Shown piece after piece: positions 8,148 to 17,160 of a stretch of DNA of 64,000 bases. A program made the position numbers and the translations under genes. Position 1 is the first letter of the stretch. Each line of letters begins with the position of its first letter. The DNA is taken from positions 1-64,000 of IMG/VR virus record IMGVR_UViG_3300014501_000002. One strand, 5' to 3'. This stretch comes from a virus. Under the pieces are notes generated by a model, which was not told the DNA's origin, searched no databases, and worked only from the letters and a program-made list of their open reading frames with translations.

Positions 8148-8909
8148 ATGACAGACTTGTCGCGCGTCACCATAGGTATAAAAACCTTTTTACGCGATGC
8201 GCAACTGTTCAACACTATCGCAGCGATCCGGCAGAGCATGCCGGAGGTGCGCATGATAATCGCGGACGACGGTGAGATGTCTGAAGAGAAGAGGGAAGTT
8301 TATAAGTCCCGAACAGGTTTGATGCACATTTTTCTCCTGCCGTTCGATAGCGGGTTCGGTGCGAAAAGTAACATCATCGCTGGTTGCTGTGGTACCCCGT
8401 ATCTTTTAATTGGGTCAGATGATTTCGATTTTTCTCCAGCACCGGTTCGAGAGGGCATCGAGCGTCTGACTGAAGTATTGGATCATACGCCGCGGCTTAG
8501 TATCGTCAGCGGTCGAGTGAGTAACCGGCCGTACGAGTTCGCTTTGGCTGATGAGGGACATCGAGTTCAGGAGTTCCCCATTGAATATAGCGAAGGTATG
8601 CCTTACTGTCCGTGTGACTTGACGGTGAACTATTCCTTGATTCGGCAAGAAGTATTCCAGAAAGTTAGTTGGGATGACGATGTTAAGATCGGTGGCGGCG
8701 AACACGGCGCATTTTTTGTAGATTGCAAACGCGCGGGTTTCGAAGTAGCGTATGTCCCTGGAGTAAGCATTTCTGAGCAACGAGTTCCTAGCAGTGCGCG
8801 TTACCGGCAGTTTCGCGCGAGAGCTAACAGCCCGGAGCGCCCATGTTTTGATAAGCGCGGCATTACAGAATACATCCTAGGAGATGGCAGAACGGATTAC
8901 AAGAAATGA
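8148..8909 (+). CDS. Glycosyltransferase family 2
   Basis: VTIGIKTFLR...IIADDG...PFDSGFGAKSN...SDDFDF...GGEHGAFF. Confidence 0.88.
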   Translation: MTDLSRVTIGIKTFLRDAQLFNTIAAIRQSMPEVRMIIADDGEMSEEKREVYKSRTGLMHIFLLPFDSGFGAKSNIIAGCCGTPYLLIGSDDFDFSPAPVREGIERLTEVLDHTPRLSIVSGRVSNRPYEFALADEGHRVQEFPIEYSEGMPYCPCDLTVNYSLIRQEVFQKVSWDDDVKIGGGEHGAFFVDCKRAGFEVAYVPGVSISEQRVPSSARYRQFRARANSPERPCFDKRGITEYILGDGRTDYKK

Positions 8910-9574
8910 ACGTCTTGCTTGCTGTCAAGTCATGTCAGCGCGATTTAGATCATGGATGCCACGACATTATTCGCAGCACGTGGGGTAAGGACGTGCACGA
9001 AGCGAACCTTCGGTTCTTCGTCGGTGCCCTCCAGGAGTCAGAGAAGATATCACAAGGCGACGTTTTCTTAAATGTCCCAGATGATTACGACTCCCTGCCT
9101 TTTAAAACGCGTGAGATCTTACGCTGGTCGCTGGTACATAATTACGATTACACTTTTTTGTGCGATACAGATACATTCATTATTCCGAGATTGCTGATGC
9201 GGTGCGGTTTTGAGAAGTACGACATCGCCGCGCGATTTGGTACGATACACCCAGTTGGCGGTCCGATGTTCGACTATACGGACGGCAGAGGCTACCAAGG
9301 GCAGGTTCATCCGTGGCCGAGCGGAGGTTTAGGATACTTCGTATCAAAGAAGGCCGCAGAAATTATTGTGGCCGCTGAAATCAAAGTTTGGGCCGAGGAT
9401 ATGCATGTAGGCCAAGTCTTAGGCGAGCATATTCGAAAAGGCGTGATTTTAGCGCTTGACATTCCCGACTATGAATGCAATACTAGCTGGCACTGGCCCA
9501 GACGGGCTACGGGAAAGGCATACGACCACACGAGCGGATGGATGGAGCGTATGCAGAAAGAACACGGACAATGA
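8906..9574 (+). CDS. GT31-like (beta-1,3-galactosyltransferase-like) glycosyltransferase
   Basis: IRSTWG, DDYDSLPFKT, LCDTDTF (DxD), SGGLGY, AEDMHVG motifs. Confidence 0.85.
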   Translation: MNVLLAVKSCQRDLDHGCHDIIRSTWGKDVHEANLRFFVGALQESEKISQGDVFLNVPDDYDSLPFKTREILRWSLVHNYDYTFLCDTDTFIIPRLLMRCGFEKYDIAARFGTIHPVGGPMFDYTDGRGYQGQVHPWPSGGLGYFVSKKAAEIIVAAEIKVWAEDMHVGQVLGEHIRKGVILALDIPDYECNTSWHWPRRATGKAYDHTSGWMERMQKEHGQ

Positions 9575-10029
9575 GCGTAATTAAATTCAACCTGAAAACA
9601 GTAGAGGGAAGACGGGCATACAACAGGGCGAAGTATATTGCTAATAGAAAGAGGCATAGCGCCCAGATGAAGCTTTGGAGAAAGCGCAATTTTAAAAAAG
9701 TTAAGGTACTCGCAAATAGTTATTACGCAAATAATACAGCCCAGATTCGTCTTCGCATGAGATTGAGAAATGCTAAAAATAAAGCGGAAGTTTTAAGCCA
9801 TTATGGACCGGGTGGGAAACTTCAATGTTCTTGGGATAAATGTAAAGTAGTCGATCCAGATATGCTATCTTTAGATCATATCAAAAATGATGGGGCGGAA
9901 TCTAGACGATCTGGAGAATCTGTCAACGCTTATGGTTATGTAAGAAAACATAATTACCCTTCGGGATATCAAACCCTGTGCCACAACCACCAGTGGAAGA
10001 AGGAATTAATTCGCCGGAGAGCCATGTGA
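9571..10029 (+). CDS. HNH-type homing endonuclease (free-standing)
   Basis: LSLDHIKNDG...YQTLCHNHQ; AT-rich; 4-nt overlaps with both neighbours. Confidence 0.8.
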   Translation: MSVIKFNLKTVEGRRAYNRAKYIANRKRHSAQMKLWRKRNFKKVKVLANSYYANNTAQIRLRMRLRNAKNKAEVLSHYGPGGKLQCSWDKCKVVDPDMLSLDHIKNDGAESRRSGESVNAYGYVRKHNYPSGYQTLCHNHQWKKELIRRRAM

Positions 10030-10868
10030 ACGCAATACTCTTAATCGCGACTGGCTCGATGTATTGGGGTTTTGCGAAAAACCTGATAGTGTCTGCTAGG
10101 CAATATTTCATTCCGCATGATGTGATTTTATTTACAGACAGTCCAGAGCGGTTCGATGTCGCGCACAAGATCGTTATACCTAGTGCCGGATACCCGGAGG
10201 CAACATTAAAACGGTACCACACGTTTCTAGACCAGCGGAGTATTCTAGATCGATACGAAACATTATGGTACGTAGACGCAGATATGAAATTCGTCTACCC
10301 AGTTACGGAAGCGGACGTACTGTCCGATGGGATCACGGCAACGCTCCATCCCGGCTTCGCGGTGGATAGAATACATCCGACCGTCGGCTTTGTAAGCAAA
10401 GTCGGTACTCCGGAGAGACGGAGAGAGTGTACAGCGTTCATTCCGGAGACCGCACAGAGTCTGTATTTCTGCGGCGGATTTAACGGTGGTCGCGCAGAGA
10501 GTTATTTGTGCATGGCCGAGAAGATTCGAGAAAATATTGACATCGATGCAGCGGGCGGCATCATCGCTCACTGGCATGATGAGTCTCACCTGAACCGATA
10601 TCTGTATGACAATCCACCGGCTAGAATTTTGTCGCCGTCGTTTTGTTATCCTGAAGGATACGATGGTGGGTACGGTTGGCCTATAAATGGGCATCGTCCA
10701 ATTCTCCTAGCGCTGAATAAGCCGGGCCATTATGAACCGTCACATTATGTGCCGGAGCCGCTTGTAGCAGTTCAACCGACTCCCGCAATGCCAGCGCGTC
10801 GAGGCGTGGTTCCCGGATCGAAGTCTCGTATACGCTCGGCAATGCAGAAAGGAAACAGATGGTCGTAA
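10026..10868 (+). CDS. Glycosyltransferase family 6 (ABO-type alpha-1,3-GalNAc/Gal transferase)
   Basis: IATGxxY, FTD, VDADM (DxD), LHPGF, ERR, YFCGGFNGG, WHDESHLNRY; GTG start at 10026. Confidence 0.93.
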   Translation: MNAILLIATGSMYWGFAKNLIVSARQYFIPHDVILFTDSPERFDVAHKIVIPSAGYPEATLKRYHTFLDQRSILDRYETLWYVDADMKFVYPVTEADVLSDGITATLHPGFAVDRIHPTVGFVSKVGTPERRRECTAFIPETAQSLYFCGGFNGGRAESYLCMAEKIRENIDIDAAGGIIAHWHDESHLNRYLYDNPPARILSPSFCYPEGYDGGYGWPINGHRPILLALNKPGHYEPSHYVPEPLVAVQPTPAMPARRGVVPGSKSRIRSAMQKGNRWS

Positions 10869-11635
10869 TTAAACTTCTCGGCGGGTTGGGCAATCAGTTG
10901 TTCCAACGCGCGTACGGATTCGCGTTGCATCATCGCGGTTATAATGTCGCGTTCGATAAGTCGGCGTTAATAGAAGGGACACATCGCGAATATTCACTCG
11001 GCGCCTTTAACATGGATGTTTCATTCTCCGAACCAGTCGGGCCGATTGTTTATGAGTCGGGTCTTCAGTTTAACTGGCAGAACCTTCATCCCGCGGACCC
11101 GAGCACAATCGTGGGGTACTTTCAGACTGAGAAGTATTTCCAAGATATCGCGAATTTAATACGAGTGGAATTCACGTTGACCGGTGAGCCTTCTGAACAC
11201 GCGCAAGACTTACGAAGACAGATCAATAATTGCAACAGCATATTTCTTCACGTGCGTCGTCAAGATTACGTTGGCCTACAGCACTTCCATGGTATGCCAG
11301 ATATGGCATATTATAAAGAGGCGCTCGCGCTGATTCAGTCGTATTACGTGGACTCTAAAGTGTTCGTGTTCTCCGACGATCGCGAATGGTGTCTACAGAA
11401 CTTCATGGGGTACGACGTCGTTCAAGGTACAAGCAAGTATGAAGATTTGTGGCTCATGGCTCAGTGTCAACATGCGGTCATTGCGAATTCATCGTTCTCA
11501 TGGTGGGGTGCCTGGCTTGGCGATTGGGGTGATAGCAAATCGCGTCGCATAGTCGTCGCACCGAAACAATGGTTTAATCCGGCAGCAAATGTGGACGCGT
11601 CAGACATCGTCCCGGAAAGATGGCTCAGAATATGA
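10859..11635 (+). CDS. Glycosyltransferase family 11 (alpha-1,2-fucosyl/colitosyltransferase)
   Basis: GGLGNQLFQ, GYFQTEKYF, HVRRQDY, FSDD, ANSSFSWWGAWL. Confidence 0.95.
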   Translation: MVVIKLLGGLGNQLFQRAYGFALHHRGYNVAFDKSALIEGTHREYSLGAFNMDVSFSEPVGPIVYESGLQFNWQNLHPADPSTIVGYFQTEKYFQDIANLIRVEFTLTGEPSEHAQDLRRQINNCNSIFLHVRRQDYVGLQHFHGMPDMAYYKEALALIQSYYVDSKVFVFSDDREWCLQNFMGYDVVQGTSKYEDLWLMAQCQHAVIANSSFSWWGAWLGDWGDSKSRRIVVAPKQWFNPAANVDASDIVPERWLRI

Positions 11636-13197
11636 TCGTCCAAGCATTCGTTCCAAATTGGCCCGGCCCGAAGCAACACGCTAAGGAAGTCGCCGCGATC
11701 ATCGCGCCGCACTGCCCGGTCACAATTCTGGACGACCCGAACGATTACTTTAACGCGCAGTGGGAGAAGGCCCGCGCACAGTTCACGGGAGATATCTTGT
11801 TGTGGGTTATGGCGGATGTGAAACCTCCGCTCGATTTTGGCGCCATGTTCGAGGAAGGCGTACGCTTAATGTCTCGCGCTCCCGTGGGTTGGTATGCCCC
11901 GGACGTTGCCTGGACAAGCTATATTTATGACCCGCAGAATCTATCTCGGGTCGAGGAACATATCTACGAAGTTCCGAATACAGATTCGTTGTGTTTCATG
12001 ATTCGTAAAGATGTGATTGACAACATGCCACACCTCGATCCTGCCACGTGTTTCATGTGGGGTATGGATTTGACGGCGATCGGCACCGCGCGTCTGATGG
12101 GTTTAAAAGTTGTTCGCGACTATCGGTTCAAGGCGCAGCATCCAAACCAGACGGGTTACGAGATTGAGAAGGCGGGACGCGGCATGATCCCTATGTTTAA
12201 GACGTACCCGATTGCGTTGCAGCGGGAGATTGGTAAGCTTGAAATCGAGACGCGTCGGTTACGCAAGCCGTTTTGGAAAGACAAGCGAATCACAGTCACC
12301 GGCGGCAATGGCTTCCTAGGGAACCACGTCGTCGCAGCGCTGCATAGCAAAGGTGCAGAAGTATCGGTTCCGCATCTCGTAGAGTATGACTTACGAAACC
12401 GTGCAGATGTGGATCGCATGTATCAGAATTTTCGCCCGACTATCGTCATTAACTTAGCCGCGGCTGTTGGTGGACTCGGCGCGAACATCGCGAGTCCGGG
12501 TCGTTTCTTTTACGACAATCTTATGATGGGCATGCATCTCATGGATGCGGGCTGTCAATTCGGTATAGACAAGTTTGTGCAGATGGGCAGCGCGTGTGAG
12601 TATCCGAAAGACGCGCCGGTTCCATTGGTAGAGGAAGATGTTTGGAACGGGTACCCCGAGCCCAGCAACGCTCCGTACGGCATCGCTAAGCGCGCGCTGT
12701 TGACCATGGGGGACGCCTACAGAACACAGTACGGCATGAATGTAATACACATTCTCTCGACCAATCTTTACGGGCCGGGAGACAACTTCAATCTTGAAAC
12801 GTCGCATGTTATTTCCGCGCTGATAAACAAGTGTGTCACGGCGAGAGACGCGGGCTCCCCAAGCATTTCGATATGGGGCACTGGCGCTGCCACGCGCGAC
12901 TTCTTGTTTGTGCGGGACGCGGCATCAGGAATAGTTCTTTCGACAGAGTTATGGAATAATCCGGCGCCGGTCAATTTAGGTTCCGGTAGGGAAGTATCGA
13001 TACTCGAGATTGCAGAGAAGATAAAACAGCTGACCGGTTTTCAAGGCGCGCTGTCATGGGACCACTCGAAACCAGACGGGCAGCCGCGCAGATTTCTCGA
13101 CACGAGTCGAGCGTTATCGTTTGGATTCGTATCCGGTACGCCCCTAGAAGCTGGGCTGAAAGAAACTATTTCGTGTTTCGAAGAAAAATTGCGATGA
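11632..13197 (+). CDS. fcl: Fusion: N-terminal GT-A-like domain plus GDP-L-fucose/colitose synthase (Fcl/ColC-like epimerase-reductase)
   Basis: C-domain has TGGNGFLG, AAAVGGLGAN, GSACEYP, YGIAK, NLYGPGDNF, SHV and WGTG...RDFL. The ~215-aa N-domain (ADV, WGMD motifs) is only tentatively GT-like. Confidence 0.88.
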   Translation: MIVQAFVPNWPGPKQHAKEVAAIIAPHCPVTILDDPNDYFNAQWEKARAQFTGDILLWVMADVKPPLDFGAMFEEGVRLMSRAPVGWYAPDVAWTSYIYDPQNLSRVEEHIYEVPNTDSLCFMIRKDVIDNMPHLDPATCFMWGMDLTAIGTARLMGLKVVRDYRFKAQHPNQTGYEIEKAGRGMIPMFKTYPIALQREIGKLEIETRRLRKPFWKDKRITVTGGNGFLGNHVVAALHSKGAEVSVPHLVEYDLRNRADVDRMYQNFRPTIVINLAAAVGGLGANIASPGRFFYDNLMMGMHLMDAGCQFGIDKFVQMGSACEYPKDAPVPLVEEDVWNGYPEPSNAPYGIAKRALLTMGDAYRTQYGMNVIHILSTNLYGPGDNFNLETSHVISALINKCVTARDAGSPSISIWGTGAATRDFLFVRDAASGIVLSTELWNNPAPVNLGSGREVSILEIAEKIKQLTGFQGALSWDHSKPDGQPRRFLDTSRALSFGFVSGTPLEAGLKETISCFEEKLR

Positions 13198-13724
13198 AAA
13201 ACTTCTATGTGTATCTCTGGCTTAGAGAAGACAACACTCCTTATTACGTGGGTAAGGGTAGTGGGAATAGGGCTTACATTAGACATCGCGTTGGGCGATG
13301 CCCAGAAGGCCGAGTATTAATTCGGGATTGTTTTAGCGAGAAAGAAGCGTTTGAGATGGAGAAGTTTTTAATCGAGCTTTACGGTAGGAAGGATTTAGGA
13401 ACGGGCTGCCTTAGAAATTATTCATCAGGAGGCATCGGCGGATCGGCAAACCCGTCAGAAGAAGTCCGTTATAAGATGGGCGCGGCTAGAAGAGGGGTTG
13501 CGCCGTCCGCATCAACTCGTCGTAAGATAAGTTGTGCTAATGCGGGAAGGAAACATCCACATAAGTCTCATCCAGTTTCACAAGAAACCCGCAGTAAAAT
13601 AAGTAAGTATAGAAAGGGTCGCGAAAATTCTTACGCAACGCGAATTAAAATGAGCGACGCTAAAAAAGGTAAGCCGTGGTCGGAAGCAAGGTGGCGGGCT
13701 GAGCGTGAAAGGTTATCCCAATGA
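13194..13724 (+). CDS. GIY-YIG homing endonuclease with NUMOD3-like repeats
   Basis: FYVYLW...PYYVGKG...R...E...GRKDLGTGCLRN; ETRSKIS repeats. Confidence 0.85.
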   Translation: MKNFYVYLWLREDNTPYYVGKGSGNRAYIRHRVGRCPEGRVLIRDCFSEKEAFEMEKFLIELYGRKDLGTGCLRNYSSGGIGGSANPSEEVRYKMGAARRGVAPSASTRRKISCANAGRKHPHKSHPVSQETRSKISKYRKGRENSYATRIKMSDAKKGKPWSEARWRAERERLSQ

Positions 13725-14905
13725 GAAAAATCACGTTGGGACATTTGGACATTTCGGAGCGTGGTAAGGCCTACGTCAACGACGCCCTGGACCACAACCG
13801 ATTGTCGCGAGGCCCGTATACGGATAGATTCGAGAGCGAGTTTTCTCGGCTGCACGGATGCAAGCACGGTCTGTTTATGAACAGCGGCACGTCGGCGCTT
13901 CAAGTAGCGCTGGTCGCGTTGAAAGAAGTTCACGGTTACGCGGACGGAGACGAAGTTATCGTCCCGGCCACGACATTCATTGCGACAAGTAACATCGTGA
14001 TCCAGAACAACCTTACGCCGGTGTTCGTAGATGTCGACCCGTTTACGTTCAACATCGACCCTAGAAAGATCGAAGAGAAGCTTACATCGAAGACGCGGTG
14101 CATTATCCCGGTTCATTTGTTCGGGTTGCCCGCGGAGATGAAGTGGATTAGAGATATAGCAAAGCATCGGGGCCTTCAGATTATTGAGGATTCCTGTGAG
14201 ACTATGTTCGCTACTTTAGACGGACAGTCAGTCGGAAGTTTTGGGGACATCGGCTGCTTTAGTACATATGTGGCCCATTTAATTGTGGGCGGTGTGGGCG
14301 GACTCGTTACGACCAATGACCCTAAACTGAACGAGATTTGCAAGAGCCTGATGCAGCACGGTCGGGATAGCATTTATACGAACATAGACCAGGACGACAA
14401 CGCGGACGACGCACTGCTTAAACAGATGATCGAGCGCCGCTACTCGTTCGAGCGTGTAGGATACTCTTACCGTGCGACGGAACTCGAAGCCGCAGTCGCT
14501 CTGAGCGAACTCGAACGCTGGGAAGAGAATATTGGGCGCCGCAGGTTTTCCGCCGCCCGCCTGACGGACTTATTAAAAGATTTGAGCGGTGTACTGCAGC
14601 TGCCAGTAACGCCAGTTGGGTTCGAACACTCTTACATGATGTTCCCAATGGTGTTCTACGAAGGCTACGAGCGCAATCCATTTTTATGGTATCTTGAGAA
14701 GAACGGTATTGAGACTCGTTACCTGTTCCCGTTGCTGACGCAGCCGGTGTACAGGACGTTGTTCCCTGGACAAGCGGAGAAGTATCCCATAGCGCAGTAC
14801 CTCGCTGAGCACGGATTTTTTATCGGCATGCATCAGGGACTCTTAACAGAAGATATTGAATACATCTCAGAAGTAATCCACGACTATTTCAAAAAGAGTA
14901 AATAA
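13721..14905 (+). CDS. DegT/DnrJ/EryC1/StrS PLP enzyme, ColD-like (His at the catalytic Lys position)
   Basis: NSGTSAL, PATTFIAT, PVHLFG, IEDSCE; FSTYVAHLIVGGVGG instead of FSFxxxKxxTTGEGG. Confidence 0.9.
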   Translation: MRKITLGHLDISERGKAYVNDALDHNRLSRGPYTDRFESEFSRLHGCKHGLFMNSGTSALQVALVALKEVHGYADGDEVIVPATTFIATSNIVIQNNLTPVFVDVDPFTFNIDPRKIEEKLTSKTRCIIPVHLFGLPAEMKWIRDIAKHRGLQIIEDSCETMFATLDGQSVGSFGDIGCFSTYVAHLIVGGVGGLVTTNDPKLNEICKSLMQHGRDSIYTNIDQDDNADDALLKQMIERRYSFERVGYSYRATELEAAVALSELERWEENIGRRRFSAARLTDLLKDLSGVLQLPVTPVGFEHSYMMFPMVFYEGYERNPFLWYLEKNGIETRYLFPLLTQPVYRTLFPGQAEKYPIAQYLAEHGFFIGMHQGLLTEDIEYISEVIHDYFKKSK

Positions 14906-15777
14906 TGGCTAAGGTGTCAGTTATCGTACCCCTCTACAATCAAGCCAAGTTCGTCACGCAGACATTGGATAGTATCATGGCGCAGACGTACGAAGACTTC
15001 GAAGTGATTGTGGTGAACGACGCCAGTACGGATGATAGTTTATCCGTTGTCACTGAGTACGCGAAGAACTTCCAGAAGATAAAGATTGTCAACAATCCTG
15101 TCAACCGTGGATTACCCGCCACACGAAATATCGCTATAAGTCATTCGGTAGGGGATTTCATACTTCCATTGGATTCAGATGACCGGATCGATCCGGACTT
15201 TCTGCAGAAGACGACGGCGCGGATGGTCGACGGAGTCGCGATAGTCGGAACGTGGATGCACATCGAGCCCGATGATATCACTCGACGTAACTCGCATGAG
15301 GTTCAGCAGGCCGGTGCATTCGGGTCGTGCTATCCAATCTACGCGCCCACGCGTGAGCAGATTCTAACCGGCAATAGTTTGGCTATATGCTCTTTGATTC
15401 GCCGCGAAGCCCTCGACCAGGCGGGCCAGTATCCAGAAGATTTTAAGAATGGTTCCGAGGATTGGTGTTTGTGGTGCTCGATCATATGCAGCGGTAGATG
15501 GAGAGTAGTGGTGGTTCCGGAGTATCTGTTTCATTATAGAGTCCATCCGGATTCTATGTGCCGGTCATCCACGATGGCCCCGTTCCCGGTGACACGAGCC
15601 CGCATCAGAACTAAGTTTGGTTGGACGGTTGAAGAGGCCGCGCGAGAGCAAGAGCGGTTGAATCCGAAGCCTATCCCGCCGCCCCCGCAGCCACCTCCCG
15701 GAATTTATCGAGTGAGTGATAGAGAACGTTTTCGAGCCCAACTCAAGGCGTACAAAGAGAAATACAATGTCCAATGA
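14905..15777 (+). CDS. Glycosyltransferase family 2
   Basis: VSVIVPLYN, VNDASTD, NRGLPATRN, LDSDD, SEDW. Confidence 0.93.
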   Translation: MAKVSVIVPLYNQAKFVTQTLDSIMAQTYEDFEVIVVNDASTDDSLSVVTEYAKNFQKIKIVNNPVNRGLPATRNIAISHSVGDFILPLDSDDRIDPDFLQKTTARMVDGVAIVGTWMHIEPDDITRRNSHEVQQAGAFGSCYPIYAPTREQILTGNSLAICSLIRREALDQAGQYPEDFKNGSEDWCLWCSIICSGRWRVVVVPEYLFHYRVHPDSMCRSSTMAPFPVTRARIRTKFGWTVEEAAREQERLNPKPIPPPPQPPPGIYRVSDRERFRAQLKAYKEKYNVQ

Positions 15778-16486
15778 TGTCGTTCAAGGATTATGGATCG
15801 GCGGCGATCTATCAAACATGGAGCGGTTGTCCATTAACTCATTTTTACAGAACGGACACGAGTACCATCTTTATATATACGATGAATTAGGGCACATTCC
15901 TGACGGCGTAATTGTTAAGGACGCCAACGAAATTATAGACGGGAAGGATATCTTCCTAGTTCGCGGAGGGTATTCAAGCTTCTCGGATTTCTTTCGTTGG
16001 AAGTTGGTGCTAGATCGTGGCAACTGGTGGGTGGACACGGATGCTGTGTGTTTACGGCCGTTGGATTTCATATCAGATCATGTGTTCATCGGTGGAAAAG
16101 GTTTGCCCGGCTCGGATGATTGTATCACGAGCGGGTTGTTTAAAGCGCCCGCGCAGTCAGAGATTATGAAGTGGGGTTGGGAACAGTGTCAGAAAATGAA
16201 TCCACTGACGATGGCGTGGGGCCAAGCTGGCCCGCCGCTGTTTACCGAGGCCGTGCACAAGTTCGGTTTGTCAGTTGGAGCCACCGTCGTTCCGGGTAGC
16301 TTATTCTTCCCGGTGTTTTACACGAAGGCGCCCGGCGCATTCATCGGTCCGAATACATCAGATGATTATGGCAACGCGTATTCCGTGCATCTGTTCAATG
16401 AAATTTGGCGCTTGGCTGGGACCGACAAGAATGCGGTCTACCCAAATACGTCCGCGTACGAAAAACTAAAGAAGAGGTTCCAATGA
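15767..16486 (+). CDS. GT32-like DxD glycosyltransferase (alpha-1,4/1,6 type)
   Basis: LWIG, SINSF, FSDFFRW, GNWWVDTD, GP.LFT. Confidence 0.85.
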   Translation: MSNDVVQGLWIGGDLSNMERLSINSFLQNGHEYHLYIYDELGHIPDGVIVKDANEIIDGKDIFLVRGGYSSFSDFFRWKLVLDRGNWWVDTDAVCLRPLDFISDHVFIGGKGLPGSDDCITSGLFKAPAQSEIMKWGWEQCQKMNPLTMAWGQAGPPLFTEAVHKFGLSVGATVVPGSLFFPVFYTKAPGAFIGPNTSDDYGNAYSVHLFNEIWRLAGTDKNAVYPNTSAYEKLKKRFQ

Positions 16487-17157
16487 TCGGAACGCTTTAT
16501 AGATACGCGCATCCTTACGATTCAGCCCAATTTCTTTATTGTGGGCAGGGGTCAGATAGAGATAGGCATCATCGTTCTGGACACAGTTCATTTGGGCGAC
16601 GTTTTAAAGAGAAATTTCCCGATATAGAATTACCAGAACCTATAAGAGAACAAATCGAGGTTTCTTCTCCGATAGATTTAAACGAGGAAGAAACAATTTG
16701 GATTTTTCGATATCATACGTGGTGGCGGTATCCAAATGGAATGAATATAACTTTACCTGGTTCGGTCGACTATAAAAGTCAGGGTCTTATTACCGGTCGT
16801 CTAAATGCTAAAAATGGGCGTATGCAGAGAATTTCTACTCCGGAAACCTGTGCTAAAGGCGGTCGAATCGGCGGTCGCAGAAGAATAGAATTGCACGGCA
16901 ACCCACTGACGCCTGAGAGTTGTGCGAAAGGCGGTCGCATAACAGGCCGCATAAATGGGCGTAGGGCTTTTGAGAATAACACAGGAATATTCGCTTTAGA
17001 TTTCGATATAAACGCAGCTAGATGTAAAGCTGGACGCAAGAATTTCGAGAGTGGACACATGAAAAATCTCGGGAATTCAGGAATAGGTCTCTGTTTTCGA
17101 TGGAATATTAAACGTGGGAAACCTTGTGTTTGCGGTAAACACGGGAGAAAGGCGTAA
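16483..17157 (+). CDS. Divergent GIY-YIG-like homing endonuclease
   Basis: GTLYRY...FLYCGQG...R..H; NGMN; TPETCAKGGRI repeats; Cys-rich tail; AT-rich. Confidence 0.65.
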   Translation: MIGTLYRYAHPYDSAQFLYCGQGSDRDRHHRSGHSSFGRRFKEKFPDIELPEPIREQIEVSSPIDLNEEETIWIFRYHTWWRYPNGMNITLPGSVDYKSQGLITGRLNAKNGRMQRISTPETCAKGGRIGGRRRIELHGNPLTPESCAKGGRITGRINGRRAFENNTGIFALDFDINAARCKAGRKNFESGHMKNLGNSGIGLCFRWNIKRGKPCVCGKHGRKA

Positions 17158-17160
17158 GAA

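Noticed and set aside
13721-14905. Perosamine synthase (Per/RfbE)
   Set aside because: The catalytic Lys position is His.
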